64,000 bases of DNA from Gemmatimonadales bacterium (GCA_036004985.1 DASYQX010000049.1:87676-151675), one strand, 5' to 3'; numbered from the stretch's first letter, positions 1 to 11,083 are shown. Numbers and translations: made by a program. The notes: generated by a model from the letters alone, not told the origin.

Positions 1-53
1 AGGGCTTCGAGTCCCCGGCCGAGGCGGCGCCGTCCTGCAGCGGTCTCCGTCAT
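1..53 (-). CDS. parB: ParB N-terminus (partial, continues past window start)
   Basis: ATG at 53..51 overlaps the parA stop (ATGA). It translates MTETAAGRRRLGRGLEAL, which contains the ParB N-terminal GRGLxAL box. Confidence 0.7.
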   Translation of the reverse strand, partial: MTETAAGRRRLGRGLEA

Positions 54-877
54 GCGGGCACCTCCGGCAGCGGTTCAGCGGCGGGCAGGGCGGGGGAGGG
101 AGCGGGCGCGCGCTCGACTCGGTGGATCAACTCCTGCGCCACCGCCAGGTAGCTCTTCGCCCCCACCGACTGCACGTCGTACAGCAAGATCGGCTTTCCG
201 AAACTCGGCGCCTCGGCCAGACGCACGTTCCGCGGAATCGTGACCGTGAACATGCGTGCCCCGAAGTATTCCTTGGCCTCTTCGGCCACTTGCTTGGACA
301 GGTTCAGCCGTGCGTCATACATCGTGAGCAGCACGCCCTCGATGGCGAGGGCGGGATTAAAGTTGCGCTGCACCAGCTTGACGGTGTTGAGCAGCTGGGA
401 CAGGCCCTCGAGCGCGTAGTACTCGCACTGGATGGGGATGACGACGCTGTCGGCGGCGGTCAGCATGTTGAGCGTGAGCAGGCCGAGCGAGGGCGGGCAG
501 TCGATGATGACGTACTGATACTCGTCGCGCAGGTCACGCAGCGCACGCCGCATCATCGTCTCGCGGGATGCCTGGTTGACGAGCTCCACCTCGGCGCCGA
601 CCAGATCCTGCGTCGCGGGCACGACGTCGAGGCAGGGGAAGTGAACGTGGGGGAATCGGGTCTCCGCGAGGGCGCGTCCGTCGAGCAAGGCGTCGTACAG
701 GGAATGGCGGATGCGGTCCCGCTCGATGCCGACGCCGCTGGTCGAGTTGGCCTGCGGGTCGGCGTCGATCAGCAGGGTCTTGCGCTCCGCCGTTGCGAGG
801 GACGCGGAGAGGTTCACGGCGGTCGTCGTTTTTCCGACGCCGCCCTTTTGGTTAGCGATGGCGATGACGCGAGACAT
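50..877 (-). CDS. parA: ParA/Soj chromosome-partitioning ATPase
   Basis: 275 aa with deviant Walker A KGGVGKTT and ParA-like sequence along the full length. Confidence 0.95.
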   Translation of the reverse strand: MSRVIAIANQKGGVGKTTTAVNLSASLATAERKTLLIDADPQANSTSGVGIERDRIRHSLYDALLDGRALAETRFPHVHFPCLDVVPATQDLVGAEVELVNQASRETMMRRALRDLRDEYQYVIIDCPPSLGLLTLNMLTAADSVVIPIQCEYYALEGLSQLLNTVKLVQRNFNPALAIEGVLLTMYDARLNLSKQVAEEAKEYFGARMFTVTIPRNVRLAEAPSFGKPILLYDVQSVGAKSYLAVAQELIHRVERAPAPSPALPAAEPLPEVPA

Positions 878-943
878 AGCGTAAGTTATTTATTGATAAC
901 GAATTATATAACTACAACACGTGTGAGCGTCCAATATACCGCC

Positions 944-957
944 GTTTCACGTGAAAC
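944..957. other. parS centromere-like site 1
   Basis: Perfect palindrome GTTTCACGTGAAAC, the core of the canonical parS consensus. Confidence 0.8.
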
Positions 958-968
958 GAAAGGGCGAA

Positions 969-982
969 GTTTCACGTGAAAC
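969..982. other. parS centromere-like site 2
   Basis: Second identical GTTTCACGTGAAAC, 25 bp from site 1 and 7 nt after the mnmG stop. Confidence 0.8.
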
Positions 983-988
983 TGCAAC

Positions 989-2875
989 CTAGGCGACCTG
1001 CCGCCGCCACCGCGTCGCCTCCACCACCAGGTTGTGCAGGTCGCTGGGCGACACCCCAGGGATACGTGCCGCCTGCGCCAACGATGTCGGCCGCACGCGC
1101 TCCAGCTTCTGCCGAGCCTCGGTCGCCAGGCTGCGCAGCTCGAGGTAGGGCAGGTCGGCAGGGAGAACGAACGCGGCCAGCTCCGCCAGTCGCGCCGCCG
1201 CCTCCCGCTCGCGCGCCAAATACCCGTCGTACTTGATCTCGATCTCGGCCGCGACCAAGGCATCCGCGCTCAGCCCTGTACCCGCCTCCCGCCCCCCTGC
1301 CGCGCCCGCCGCCTCGAGAAGGGCGCCCAGCGACACGCCGGGCCGCTTCGCCACCACCGCGACACGCTCCGGAGCGGCGAGACTCGTCCCGCTCGCCGCC
1401 AACGGACGTGCGGCCTGCGCCGGCGTGATTGACGTCTCGCGCGCGAGGGTCAAAATCGACATCTCGTCCTCGAGCCGTCGCTCCGCTCCCCGTAGCTCGA
1501 CGTCAGTCAACAGCCCGAGCCGCTCCGCGAGCGGGAGCAGTCGTCGCAGCGCATTGTCCTGGCGCAGTAGGAGGCGGAACTCCGAGCGGGACGTAAACAG
1601 CCGGTACGGCTCATCCACACCACGCGTCACCAGGTCGTCCACCAGCACGCCAACGTACGCATCGTCCCGCCCGAACACGACCGGCTCCTGCCCGCGGATC
1701 CGGCGCACGGCGTTGATCCCGGCGACGACACCCTGACCTGCCGCCTCCTCGTAGCCGGTTGTCCCGTTGATCTGCCCGGCGAAGAAGAGATGCTCGGCAG
1801 TCTTCACCTCGAGCCAGGGAGTGAGTTGCGTCGGCGGATAGTAATCGTACTCGATCGCGTACCCGGGGCGGGTCATCCGCGCCCGCTCAAGGCCGGGGAC
1901 CGCACGCAAGAACTCGAGCTGCACGGCCACGGGCAGGGAAGTGGAGAGCCCGTTGACGTACAGCTCTGTCGTGTCGAGTCCTTCAGGCTCGAGGAACACC
2001 TGGTGACGGCGGGCGGCGGGGAACTTCACGATCTTGTCCTCGACCGACGGGCAGTAGCGGGGCCCCCGACCGCTGATCGCACCCCCGTACAGCGCCGACT
2101 CCATCAGGTGGCGCTGAATGATCTCCTTCACGTCCTCGCCCGCCCAAGTGATCCAACACGGGACCTGGCGAGGCCGCGCGACCCGCTCATAGAAGGAGAA
2201 GCGGTAGTCCTCGGGATCCCCGTCCTGCCGGTCGACTCGGGACCAATCGACGGTCCGGCCGTCTACACGGGGCGGGGTCCCGGTCTTGAAGCGCGATACC
2301 GTAAGTCCAATGTCAGCAATTACTTGCGCCATCTCCACGGAGGGCGGATCGCCCGCTCGGCCGGCCGGGATCTGCATGTCGGTGCCGAGGTGGATCCGGC
2401 CGCGCAGGAACGTGCCCGCGGTGATGATCACGGCGCGCGCCGTGAAGCGCCGGCCGTCGCCGGTCTCGACGCCGGCGGCGCGGGCCCCGTCGAAGAGCAA
2501 GTTCGTGACCATCCCCTGGGTCAGCTCGAGACCGGGGAAACCCTCGAGTAGGTGCCGCACCGCGCGCCGGTACAGCGTGCGGTCGCACTGGGCGCGGGGA
2601 GCCCAGACTGCGGGACCCTTGGAGCGGTTGAGCATCCGGAACTGGATCGTGGCGCGGTCGGTCGCGCGGCCCATGAGGCCGCCGAGGGCGTCGACCTCGC
2701 GGACGACGGTGCCCTTCGCGATGCCGCCGATGGCGGGATTGCAGGACATGTGACCGATCGTGTCGAGGGCGGACGTGACGAGCAGAGTGCGGGCGCCGAG
2801 GCGGGCCGACATCGCTGCCGCCTCAGTCCCGGCGTGGCCGCCGCCGACGATGATGACATCGTAGTCCACAGACAT
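989..2875 (-). CDS. mnmG: tRNA uridine 5-carboxymethylaminomethyl modification enzyme MnmG/GidA
   Basis: 628 aa, N-terminal FAD motif VIVVGGGHAG, MnmG family similarity throughout. Confidence 0.95.
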   Translation of the reverse strand: MSVDYDVIIVGGGHAGTEAAAMSARLGARTLLVTSALDTIGHMSCNPAIGGIAKGTVVREVDALGGLMGRATDRATIQFRMLNRSKGPAVWAPRAQCDRTLYRRAVRHLLEGFPGLELTQGMVTNLLFDGARAAGVETGDGRRFTARAVIITAGTFLRGRIHLGTDMQIPAGRAGDPPSVEMAQVIADIGLTVSRFKTGTPPRVDGRTVDWSRVDRQDGDPEDYRFSFYERVARPRQVPCWITWAGEDVKEIIQRHLMESALYGGAISGRGPRYCPSVEDKIVKFPAARRHQVFLEPEGLDTTELYVNGLSTSLPVAVQLEFLRAVPGLERARMTRPGYAIEYDYYPPTQLTPWLEVKTAEHLFFAGQINGTTGYEEAAGQGVVAGINAVRRIRGQEPVVFGRDDAYVGVLVDDLVTRGVDEPYRLFTSRSEFRLLLRQDNALRRLLPLAERLGLLTDVELRGAERRLEDEMSILTLARETSITPAQAARPLAASGTSLAAPERVAVVAKRPGVSLGALLEAAGAAGGREAGTGLSADALVAAEIEIKYDGYLAREREAAARLAELAAFVLPADLPYLELRSLATEARQKLERVRPTSLAQAARIPGVSPSDLHNLVVEATRWRRQVA

Positions 2876-2906
2876 GGGGACAAAGCTACTGAAACAGGCT
2901 AAGCAA

Positions 2907-2960
2907 AGGCTAGACGCGCGGACGCCGAGGCAGACGCCTAGGTGCCGAGACGCCTAGCGG
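2907..2960. repeat. Left arm of a 54-nt imperfect inverted repeat flanking the four-helix-bundle gene
   Basis: Reverse complement of 3437..3490 matches at 44/54 positions (hand count). The inner 17 nt GCCGAGACGCCTAGCGG are identical. Confidence 0.8.
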
Positions 2961-2967
2961 GTTCTAG

Positions 2968-3369
2968 TTACGAGGGGGTAGGGAATCTCGAAGCGTGCGC
3001 GCTAATCTTTCGCAGCAACCCGAACAAGGTCTTGCCGGTTTCAGTCGCCAAAGCTTCTAGCCGCCCAAATTCCGCCGGCTCCAAGTACTCCAACTCACGC
3101 GCCAGGCCCAACGCGGTTTCAACTTCTGCGAGCGAGCCATTCGCGGAGCCTAGAAAACGTCGATACTCCCGTGAGCCTCGACGAGCACTCCCCTCCGCTA
3201 TGTTGAGCACGACGCTGTACGATGCCCGGCGCAATTGATCCGCCAAGCGCGCTTGTTCGTAGTCGGGGAAGCGTCTGCACGCTTTCGCGCACTCAATCGC
3301 GAGCTTCTGAGCGTGCTGCCACGCCTTGAGAGTTCGATATGGCGCCATGTGGGCAACATTACCCAACAA
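2968..3369 (-). CDS. Four-helix-bundle protein (23S rRNA intervening-sequence protein family)
   Basis: 133 aa with WQxAxxL...FP...QLRRAxxSVxxNIAEG...GSxxEVET pattern typical of the family. The start could instead be the internal Met at 3348. Confidence 0.85.
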   Translation of the reverse strand: MLGNVAHMAPYRTLKAWQHAQKLAIECAKACRRFPDYEQARLADQLRRASYSVVLNIAEGSARRGSREYRRFLGSANGSLAEVETALGLARELEYLEPAEFGRLEALATETGKTLFGLLRKISAHASRFPTPS

Positions 3370-3436
3370 ATCGGAAGGCCCGGCACCAGAATCGCGCGTG
3401 TCGTGCCTTTCCTATGCAGTCCGCTACCGCTCGAGT

Positions 3437-3490
3437 CCGCTAGGCGTCTCGGCGTCTAGACGTCTGCCTGTGCGTCTGTGCCTCTAGTCG
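3437..3490. repeat. Right arm of the inverted repeat flanking the four-helix-bundle gene
   Basis: Pairs with 2907..2960 and is rich in GCGTCT and CTAG units. Confidence 0.8.
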
Positions 3491-3499
3491 TTGCAGGTC

Positions 3500-4756
3500 C
3501 TAGGCAGCTCTGACCCAGCGCACAAGTTCCTTCAAGCTCGGCCTCTTCCCCGTCATGAGAATCCCCACCCTGTATATCCTCGCCGCCACCCACGTCACCC
3601 CAAGAATCGATACGAGTAGGATCCCGAGCGACAGCGCCACCTCATACATGGGGAGGTTACCTGCGGCCCACCGGACCGGCATCGCGATCGGAGCGCTGAA
3701 CGGAATCATCGACAGCGTCACGGAGAGCGTGGATCCGGGATCGTTGAGCATCGCGAACATGCTGACAAACGAGGCGACGAGCAGCATGACCACCGGCTGC
3801 TGCGCCTGCCGGGCTTCCTGTTCGTTGGACGACATGGCGCCTACTGCCGCGAACATGGACGAATACAACAGGAACCCGCCCAGGAAGTACGCAATGAAAA
3901 TGGCCGCGGTGCCGGCGGTGACGTGAGGTAACTGGAAAATCTGGCCCGCGTCGCCGAAGCCCCGTTCACCGAGCAGGTGCCGGCGCTGGGTGATCAGCAG
4001 TCGCGTCGAGACTCCCCAGATCAGGAACTGGAAGATCGACACCGCCGCCACGCCAATCACCTTGCCGAATAACAACTCGAACGGCCGCACCGAGGAGACG
4101 AGGACCTCGACGATCTTCGTCGTCTTCTCCTCCAAGACCGAGCTCATCACGTTGATCCCATACAGCAGGATCGCCATGTAAAGGATGATGCCCATGAAAT
4201 AAGCCAGCGAAAACGATTGGGCCGCGCTCTCGCCGGTTGCCTTGCCGCCGGCGACCTTCTTGCTGTCCAGGTCAATGTGAATCCGTGCTTTCGCCACGAG
4301 GGTGGGGTTTACCCCCTCGCGCTCGAGCCGCTTGGCGTTGACCATCTCGCTGATGACTCGGTCGAGTGTGCCAATCGTGATGAACGAGGAGACGTTGGAG
4401 GCGCGGTACATCACCTTCCCAGAGTCGACCGCCACGTCGCCGACGATGAGAAACCCGTCGATCTCCTTCCGGTCGACGGCGGCCATCAGCGAGTCGGTCG
4501 TTCCGGCGCTGGCGGGGACCCGAACGGCGATGAACAGCGACTCCCGGTCCAGGCGCTCGGTGAGCTGGGTGCCGAACGTCGAGGTGGTGCCGTCCACGAC
4601 GGCGATGCGCTTCACCCCGCCTTTGCCCGCCAGCAGAGTGGGGAGGATGAAGAGCGCCCCAAAGAACAGCGGGCCGAGCACCGCCATCACCCAGAACCAC
4701 CGCTGTCGCACGCGCTCCACGAACTCCCGGCGGATCACGGCCAGGATCTTACGCAC
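3500..4756 (-). CDS. ABC-2 type transporter permease (NatB-like)
   Basis: 418 aa with an N-terminal TM helix, a large extracytoplasmic loop and a C-terminal multi-TM bundle. Overlaps the upstream ATPase gene by 8 nt. Confidence 0.8.
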   Translation of the reverse strand: MRKILAVIRREFVERVRQRWFWVMAVLGPLFFGALFILPTLLAGKGGVKRIAVVDGTTSTFGTQLTERLDRESLFIAVRVPASAGTTDSLMAAVDRKEIDGFLIVGDVAVDSGKVMYRASNVSSFITIGTLDRVISEMVNAKRLEREGVNPTLVAKARIHIDLDSKKVAGGKATGESAAQSFSLAYFMGIILYMAILLYGINVMSSVLEEKTTKIVEVLVSSVRPFELLFGKVIGVAAVSIFQFLIWGVSTRLLITQRRHLLGERGFGDAGQIFQLPHVTAGTAAIFIAYFLGGFLLYSSMFAAVGAMSSNEQEARQAQQPVVMLLVASFVSMFAMLNDPGSTLSVTLSMIPFSAPIAMPVRWAAGNLPMYEVALSLGILLVSILGVTWVAARIYRVGILMTGKRPSLKELVRWVRAA

Positions 4757-5702
4757 GGGCCACCGCCGCAGCTGCCTCGGGACCGACGAGGTCGATGAAG
4801 ATCTTGTTGAGGGAGGGCTCGGCGAGCTCGAAGCGCGACAGCCGTGCGCCCGAGGTCACGAGCGACTTGAGGATCTCCTGTGCATCTCCCTGGGCCGCGA
4901 GCTCGAGCTCCGCGAACTGGCCCGACGCGTCCGCCTTGGCCACCTGCCGCCGATCGGCGAAGATGCGGTCGGCATCGCCGCGCGCACCGTCGAAGTTGAT
5001 CAGGACGTGCCGCCCCCCATGCGTCCGCTTGATATCGGCGAGCGGGCCGTCCACCAGCTTCTTGCCGCGCGCGATGATGCACACTTGGTCACACACCTTC
5101 TCGGCCTGCTCCATGATATGCGTGGAGAACAGGATCGTCTTGCCCCGCGCGCGCAGGTCGAGGACGGTGTCCTTCAGGACCTGCGAGTTGACGGGGTCGA
5201 GGCCGGAAAACGCCTCGTCCATCACGAGGAGATCCGGCTCGTGTAGAATCGTGGAGATGAACTGCACTTTCTGCTGCATGCCCTTCGACAGCTCGTTCAC
5301 CTTGCGCATCCGCCAATCGGAGAGGCCCAGACGCTCCAGCCAGTTGAGTGCTTTGGTGCGCGCCGCGCGGCGGTCCACGCCCTTCAGCTCCGCGAGGAAC
5401 AACAGCACGTCGAGCACCCGCATCTTCGGGTAGAGGCCTCGTTCTTCCGGGAGGTAGCCGATCCGCCCCGAGTGGTCGCGACCGGTGCCCGCCTCGCCGA
5501 ACAGGCGGACGGTGCCGCTATCGGGGGCGTAGATGTTCAGGATCATGCGGATGGTCGTGCTCTTTCCGGCGCCGTTCGGGCCGAGGAGGCCGTAGATCAC
5601 ACCGGCCGGGACCGTGAGCGAGAGGGCGTCCACCGCCGTGTGGCCGGCGAACCGCTTCGTGACCCGATCGACGGCGACGATGGCTGCCGACATGGCCCCC
5701 AA
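4749..5702 (-). CDS. ABC transporter ATP-binding protein (NatA-like)
   Basis: Walker A GPNGAGKST, signature LSKGMQQK, Walker B LLVMDE. Confidence 0.9.
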   Translation of the reverse strand: MGAMSAAIVAVDRVTKRFAGHTAVDALSLTVPAGVIYGLLGPNGAGKSTTIRMILNIYAPDSGTVRLFGEAGTGRDHSGRIGYLPEERGLYPKMRVLDVLLFLAELKGVDRRAARTKALNWLERLGLSDWRMRKVNELSKGMQQKVQFISTILHEPDLLVMDEAFSGLDPVNSQVLKDTVLDLRARGKTILFSTHIMEQAEKVCDQVCIIARGKKLVDGPLADIKRTHGGRHVLINFDGARGDADRIFADRRQVAKADASGQFAELELAAQGDAQEILKSLVTSGARLSRFELAEPSLNKIFIDLVGPEAAAAVARA

Positions 5703-5744
5703 ACTACCGGGGACGGGGAACTGGGGAAGGGGGCGGAGGTCGGG

Positions 5745-6974
5745 CTAGTCCGCGACCGCGCCGAACAGCTCTCCCGCCTTGCGCACCGCGTCAACGAGCG
5801 CGTCGATGTCGTCCGCGTCGTTGTAGACGTAGAACGACGCGCGGGCCGTCGCCGGAACGCCCAGGCGGCGCATCAACGGCTGGGTACAGTGGTGTCCGGC
5901 GCGGATGCAGACGCCGTCCCGGTCCAGAATCGTGGCGAGATCGTGGGGATGGATGTCGCCGTAGGTGAAAGGGACGACACCGGCGCGGTGATCCTTGGGG
6001 CCGTACACCGTCACGCCCTCGATCTGCTCCAGCCGCTCGATCGCCGCGCGCGCCAGCCCCTGTTCGTGCTCGGCGACGCGGTCTATCCCGAGGCCTTCGA
6101 GGTACGCGATGGCCGCCGCCAGCCCGACGGCGCCCTCCACGTTCGGCGTCCCACCTTCGAACTTGTGGGGGATCTTGTTCCACGTGGAATGGTCGTCCCA
6201 CACCCGTTCGATCATTTCGCCGCCGCCGTGATAGGGCGGCATGGCGTCGAGCAGCGCCGGCTTCGCGATCAGCGCCCCACTCCCCATCGGCGCCAGCATC
6301 TTATGCCCCGACAGTGCGTAGAAGTCGCACCCCAGCGCCTGGACGTCGACGCGCAGGTGCGGCGTCGATTGCGCCCCGTCCACCACGACGACCGCGCCCG
6401 CCGCGTGGGCGAGCTTGGTCAGCTGGGCGGCGGGGTTCACGGTGCCGAGCGAGTTCGAGACGTACGGGAACGCGACGATACGGGGGCGCGCCTCGAGCGC
6501 CCGGCCGTAGTCCGACAGGTCGATCCGCCCGTCCGCGGTGATCTCGACCATCCGCAGCGTCGCACCCTTTTCCTGACAGAGGATCTGCCAGGGGACCAGG
6601 TTCGAATGGTGGTCCATGGCCGTGACCACCACCGTGTCGCCGGGCTTCACGTTCGCCCGCCCCCACGAGCCCGCCACCAGGTTGATTGCTTCGGTCGTAC
6701 CGCGCGTGAAGACCACCCCTTCGGCGCCCCAGGCGTTCACGAACCGGGCGACCGTGCGGCGCGCTTCCTCGTACGCCTCCGTGGCGGCGACCGCCAGGCC
6801 GTAGGCGCCGCGGTGGACGTTGGCGTTGGTCGTGCTGTAATACGCGACGATCGCTTCGATCACCTGCCGCGGCTTCTGCGTCGTCGCGGCATTGTCGAGG
6901 TAGACGAGCCGGTGGCCGTGCTCGCGACGCGCGAGGATCGGGAAGTCGGCGCGGACCGTCGTGGTGTCGAGCAT
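5745..6974 (-). CDS. sufS: Cysteine desulfurase SufS (group II)
   Basis: PLP Lys motif SGHKM and active-site RAGHHCTQP. Start trimmed to the Met of MLDTTTVRADFPIL, whose ATG overlaps the sufU stop. Confidence 0.9.
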   Translation of the reverse strand: MLDTTTVRADFPILARREHGHRLVYLDNAATTQKPRQVIEAIVAYYSTTNANVHRGAYGLAVAATEAYEEARRTVARFVNAWGAEGVVFTRGTTEAINLVAGSWGRANVKPGDTVVVTAMDHHSNLVPWQILCQEKGATLRMVEITADGRIDLSDYGRALEARPRIVAFPYVSNSLGTVNPAAQLTKLAHAAGAVVVVDGAQSTPHLRVDVQALGCDFYALSGHKMLAPMGSGALIAKPALLDAMPPYHGGGEMIERVWDDHSTWNKIPHKFEGGTPNVEGAVGLAAAIAYLEGLGIDRVAEHEQGLARAAIERLEQIEGVTVYGPKDHRAGVVPFTYGDIHPHDLATILDRDGVCIRAGHHCTQPLMRRLGVPATARASFYVYNDADDIDALVDAVRKAGELFGAVAD

Positions 6975-7438
6975 CAGTCGCTCGGCGACTCGGTGGTCAC
7001 CGGCTCGGCGCGATTCTCGAGCGCGGCGTGGAGAGTGTGCCAGGACAGGTTGGCGCACTTCACCCGGGCGGGGAAGGTCCGCACGCCGGCAAACGCCGCC
7101 AACTTGCCCAGCGTCTTGGGATCGGCGGGGGCGTCAGCGCCGCCCGTGAGCATGTCGTGGAAGCTCCGAAACAGCGCGTCGGCTTCGGCGATCGTCTTGC
7201 CTTGCACGGCGCCCGTCATCAGCGACGCGGCGGCCTTGCTGATCGCGCACCCCGACCCCTGAAAGCCGATGTCGCGGATGAGGTCGCCCTCCACGCGCAC
7301 CTGGAGGGTGATGCGGTCGCCGCACAACGGATTGCTCCCCTCGGCCGTGCGGTTCGCGCCGGGGACCGCCCTGAAGTTCCGCGGGTTCCGGTTGTGATCG
7401 AGAATGATCTGCTGGTACAGATCGCCGAGGTCGCTCAT
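6974..7438 (-). CDS. sufU: SufU/IscU-like Fe-S sulfur-transfer scaffold protein
   Basis: 154 aa with the three Cys motifs NPLCGD, GSGCAIS and KCANLSW. Its ATG overlaps the sufD stop by 1 nt. Confidence 0.85.
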   Translation of the reverse strand: MSDLGDLYQQIILDHNRNPRNFRAVPGANRTAEGSNPLCGDRITLQVRVEGDLIRDIGFQGSGCAISKAAASLMTGAVQGKTIAEADALFRSFHDMLTGGADAPADPKTLGKLAAFAGVRTFPARVKCANLSWHTLHAALENRAEPVTTESPSD

Positions 7439-8757
7439 CACTCCCCCAGGCGCGCGCGCACGATCCGGTCGAGCTGCGTCCGCAACGAGGCAATTTCCAT
7501 CCGATTTAGGATCTCGGCGCCGAACCCGTACGTCAGCAGCTGGCGCGCCTCCGCCTCGGCCAGCCCGCGGCTCCGCAAGTAAAACAGCGCCTTGGGGTCG
7601 AGCGGCCCGACGGTGGAGCCGTGCGTGCACTTCACGTCGTCGGCGTAGATCTCGAGCTGCGGCTGGCTGTCGGCGTGCGCCTCGGCCGACAGGAGTAGGT
7701 TGTTGTTCGTCTGCTTCGAGTCGGTCTTCTGCGCGCCCGGGTGCACGACGATCCGCCCGTTGAACACGCCGCGCGACCGGCCGTCGAGCACGCCGTTGAA
7801 GTATTCGTGGCTCTCGCAATGCGGCGCGGCGTGCTCGATCGCGGTATGGTGATCGGCGTGCTGCTCGCCCGCCAGCAGGTACAACCCGTTGAGGATGAGG
7901 TGGCCACCCGGGCCGGCCAGCGTGCCGCGAATGTCGTGGCGCGACAGCGCGCCGCCGAACGCGACCGCGTGAATGTTCACGGTGCTGTCCCGGCCCTGGT
8001 GAGCCTCCGTCACGGCCACGTGGAACGCCCGCTCGCTCTCGCGCTGCACCCGGTAACAGTCGGCACGGGCACCGTCTCCCACGACGACCTCGGTCACCGC
8101 GTTGGTCCAATAGGTTCCCTGGCCCTCCCCCAGCGCTGCGTAGGTCTCGACGACCGTGGCGCGGGCCTCGCGCGCGACCACCACTAGATTGCGCGGGTGG
8201 TTCACGACGCGCGCCCCCCCCGCCCCCCCGCCCCCCGTAGCGAGAAACAGGAGCTGAATCGGTTCCTCGAGGGCGTGCTTCGCCGGCACGTGGACGAATG
8301 CGCCGTCGCGCACGAAGGCGGTGTTCAGCGCGGCGAAGGGCCGATCGGTGAAGCCGGCATACTTGCCGAGGTGTTGCCGGATGTCGTCCACCTCCTCGGT
8401 CAGCGCGCGGGCCAGGCTCTGGACCCGCACGCCTGCCGGCAACCCCGTGACGTGCGAGAGCGCCGGAGTGAAGTGGCCGTTGACGAAGACGAGACGTGGG
8501 CTCGCGCCGAGGAGATGAGGCTCGATGTCGGAGAGGACCGCGAGCGGGGAGCGGGGAGCAGCCGCCAGCTCGAACGGGGCGTCGGCAATCGGCGCGACGC
8601 TGGTGAAGCGCCAGGCTTCCTGCTTGGTGGTGGGGAAGCCGACTGCGCCGAAGCGCGCGATCCCGCCCTCGCGCAGCTCCTTGAGCCAGGCGAGGTCGCC
8701 GGACACGCCGTTCGTGGCGAACGCGCGGTAAGCCTCCAGATACCGCTCAACAACCAT
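7438..8757 (-). CDS. sufD: Fe-S cluster assembly protein SufD
   Basis: 439 aa with a SufB/D-family C-terminal beta-helix region, positioned between sufC and sufU. Confidence 0.9.
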   Translation of the reverse strand: MVVERYLEAYRAFATNGVSGDLAWLKELREGGIARFGAVGFPTTKQEAWRFTSVAPIADAPFELAAAPRSPLAVLSDIEPHLLGASPRLVFVNGHFTPALSHVTGLPAGVRVQSLARALTEEVDDIRQHLGKYAGFTDRPFAALNTAFVRDGAFVHVPAKHALEEPIQLLFLATGGGGAGGARVVNHPRNLVVVAREARATVVETYAALGEGQGTYWTNAVTEVVVGDGARADCYRVQRESERAFHVAVTEAHQGRDSTVNIHAVAFGGALSRHDIRGTLAGPGGHLILNGLYLLAGEQHADHHTAIEHAAPHCESHEYFNGVLDGRSRGVFNGRIVVHPGAQKTDSKQTNNNLLLSAEAHADSQPQLEIYADDVKCTHGSTVGPLDPKALFYLRSRGLAEAEARQLLTYGFGAEILNRMEIASLRTQLDRIVRARLGE

Positions 8758-9511
8758 TACGACACCATGGCGTCATCGCGCAGCCAGTCGTAGCCCTTGG
8801 CCTCGAGCTCGTGCGCCAGCTCGGGGCCGCCGGACTTCACGATCCGGCCGTCGGCCAGAACATGGACCACGTCTGGGGTGATGTGATTCAGCAGCCGTTG
8901 ATAGTGGGTGACGATCACGAAAGCCCGCTCGGGGTCACGCAGCTTGTTGACCGCGTGCGCCACGGTTTTCAGCGCATCGATGTCGAGCCCCGAGTCGGTC
9001 TCGTCGAGGATGGCGAGCCGTGGCTCGATCACCGCCAGCTGCAGGATCTCATTGCGCTTCTTTTCCCCGCCCGAGAAACCCTCATTGACGGGTCGGTTCA
9101 TCAGGGAGTCGTCCCAGCCGATCGCGTGGAGCTTCTGCTCGAGCACCTGGAGGAAGTCGAGCGGGTCGAGCTCCTCCTGGCCGCGGTGCTTGCGAATCGC
9201 ATTCACCGCCGAACGGAGAAAGTACGAATTGGTGATGCCGCGCACCTCGACCGGGTACTGGAACGCGAGGAACACCCCTGCGCGCGCCCGCTCCTCCGGC
9301 TTCAAGGCGAGCAGGTCCTTGCCGTCGTACGTCGCCGTGCCGGCGGTGACGGTGTAGGCGGGGTGCCCAGCCAGGACTTGCGCGAGGGTGCTCTTCCCGG
9401 AACCGTTCGGCCCCATGACGGCGTGCACCTCGCCGGGCCGGACGGCGAGGTCCACGCCGCGCAGGATCTCCGCGCCGTTGACGGCGACGTGCAGGTTCTT
9501 GACCTCGAGCA

Positions 9512-9512
<1 letters not shown>
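8757..9512 (-). CDS. sufC: Fe-S cluster assembly ATPase SufC
   Basis: 251 aa starting MLEVKNLHV, Walker A GPNGSGKST, signature FSGGEKKR. The 5' extension in the ORF track is rejected. Confidence 0.95.
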
Positions 9513-10945
<1,433 letters not shown>

Positions 10946-11008
10946 CGACGCTCCCGGAAGTCCTTAACGGACATAACGTTGGGTGGCACGCGCCTCCCCA
11001 GACTGGGA

Positions 11009-11036
11009 ATCCTAATGACTTTGTCGGGATTGTCAA
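11009..11036 (-). promoter_or_regulatory. Candidate sigma70-type promoter of the suf operon
   Basis: Minus strand reads TTGACA (11036..11031), a 16-nt spacer, then TAGGAT (11014..11009). This predicts a 5' UTR of about 55 nt before the sufB ATG. Confidence 0.35.
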
Positions 11037-11060
11037 CGAGAGAACGGGGACTGGGGCCTG
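11023..11060 (+). repeat. Motif copy c6 (internally shortened, tentative)
   Basis: GTCGGGAT, a gap of 13 nt relative to full copies, then TGTCAACGAGAGAAC...TGGGGCCTG. It shares both flanks and the downstream TGGGGCCTG with copy c4. Confidence 0.35.
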
Positions 11061-11083
11061 GGGACTCGGGCCTAGGCCCGCCC

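Noticed and set aside
878-943. oriC or DnaA boxes in the AT-rich parA upstream region
   Set aside because: Only one 7/9 match to TTATCCACA (TTATCAATA) and no cluster of boxes, so an origin call is not supportable from this window.
5472-7262. 596-aa plus-strand ORF
   Set aside because: It is antisense to sufS and sufU, which have unmistakable family motifs. Its composition is Arg/Gly/Pro-rich and low in complexity, typical of shadow frames in high-GC DNA.
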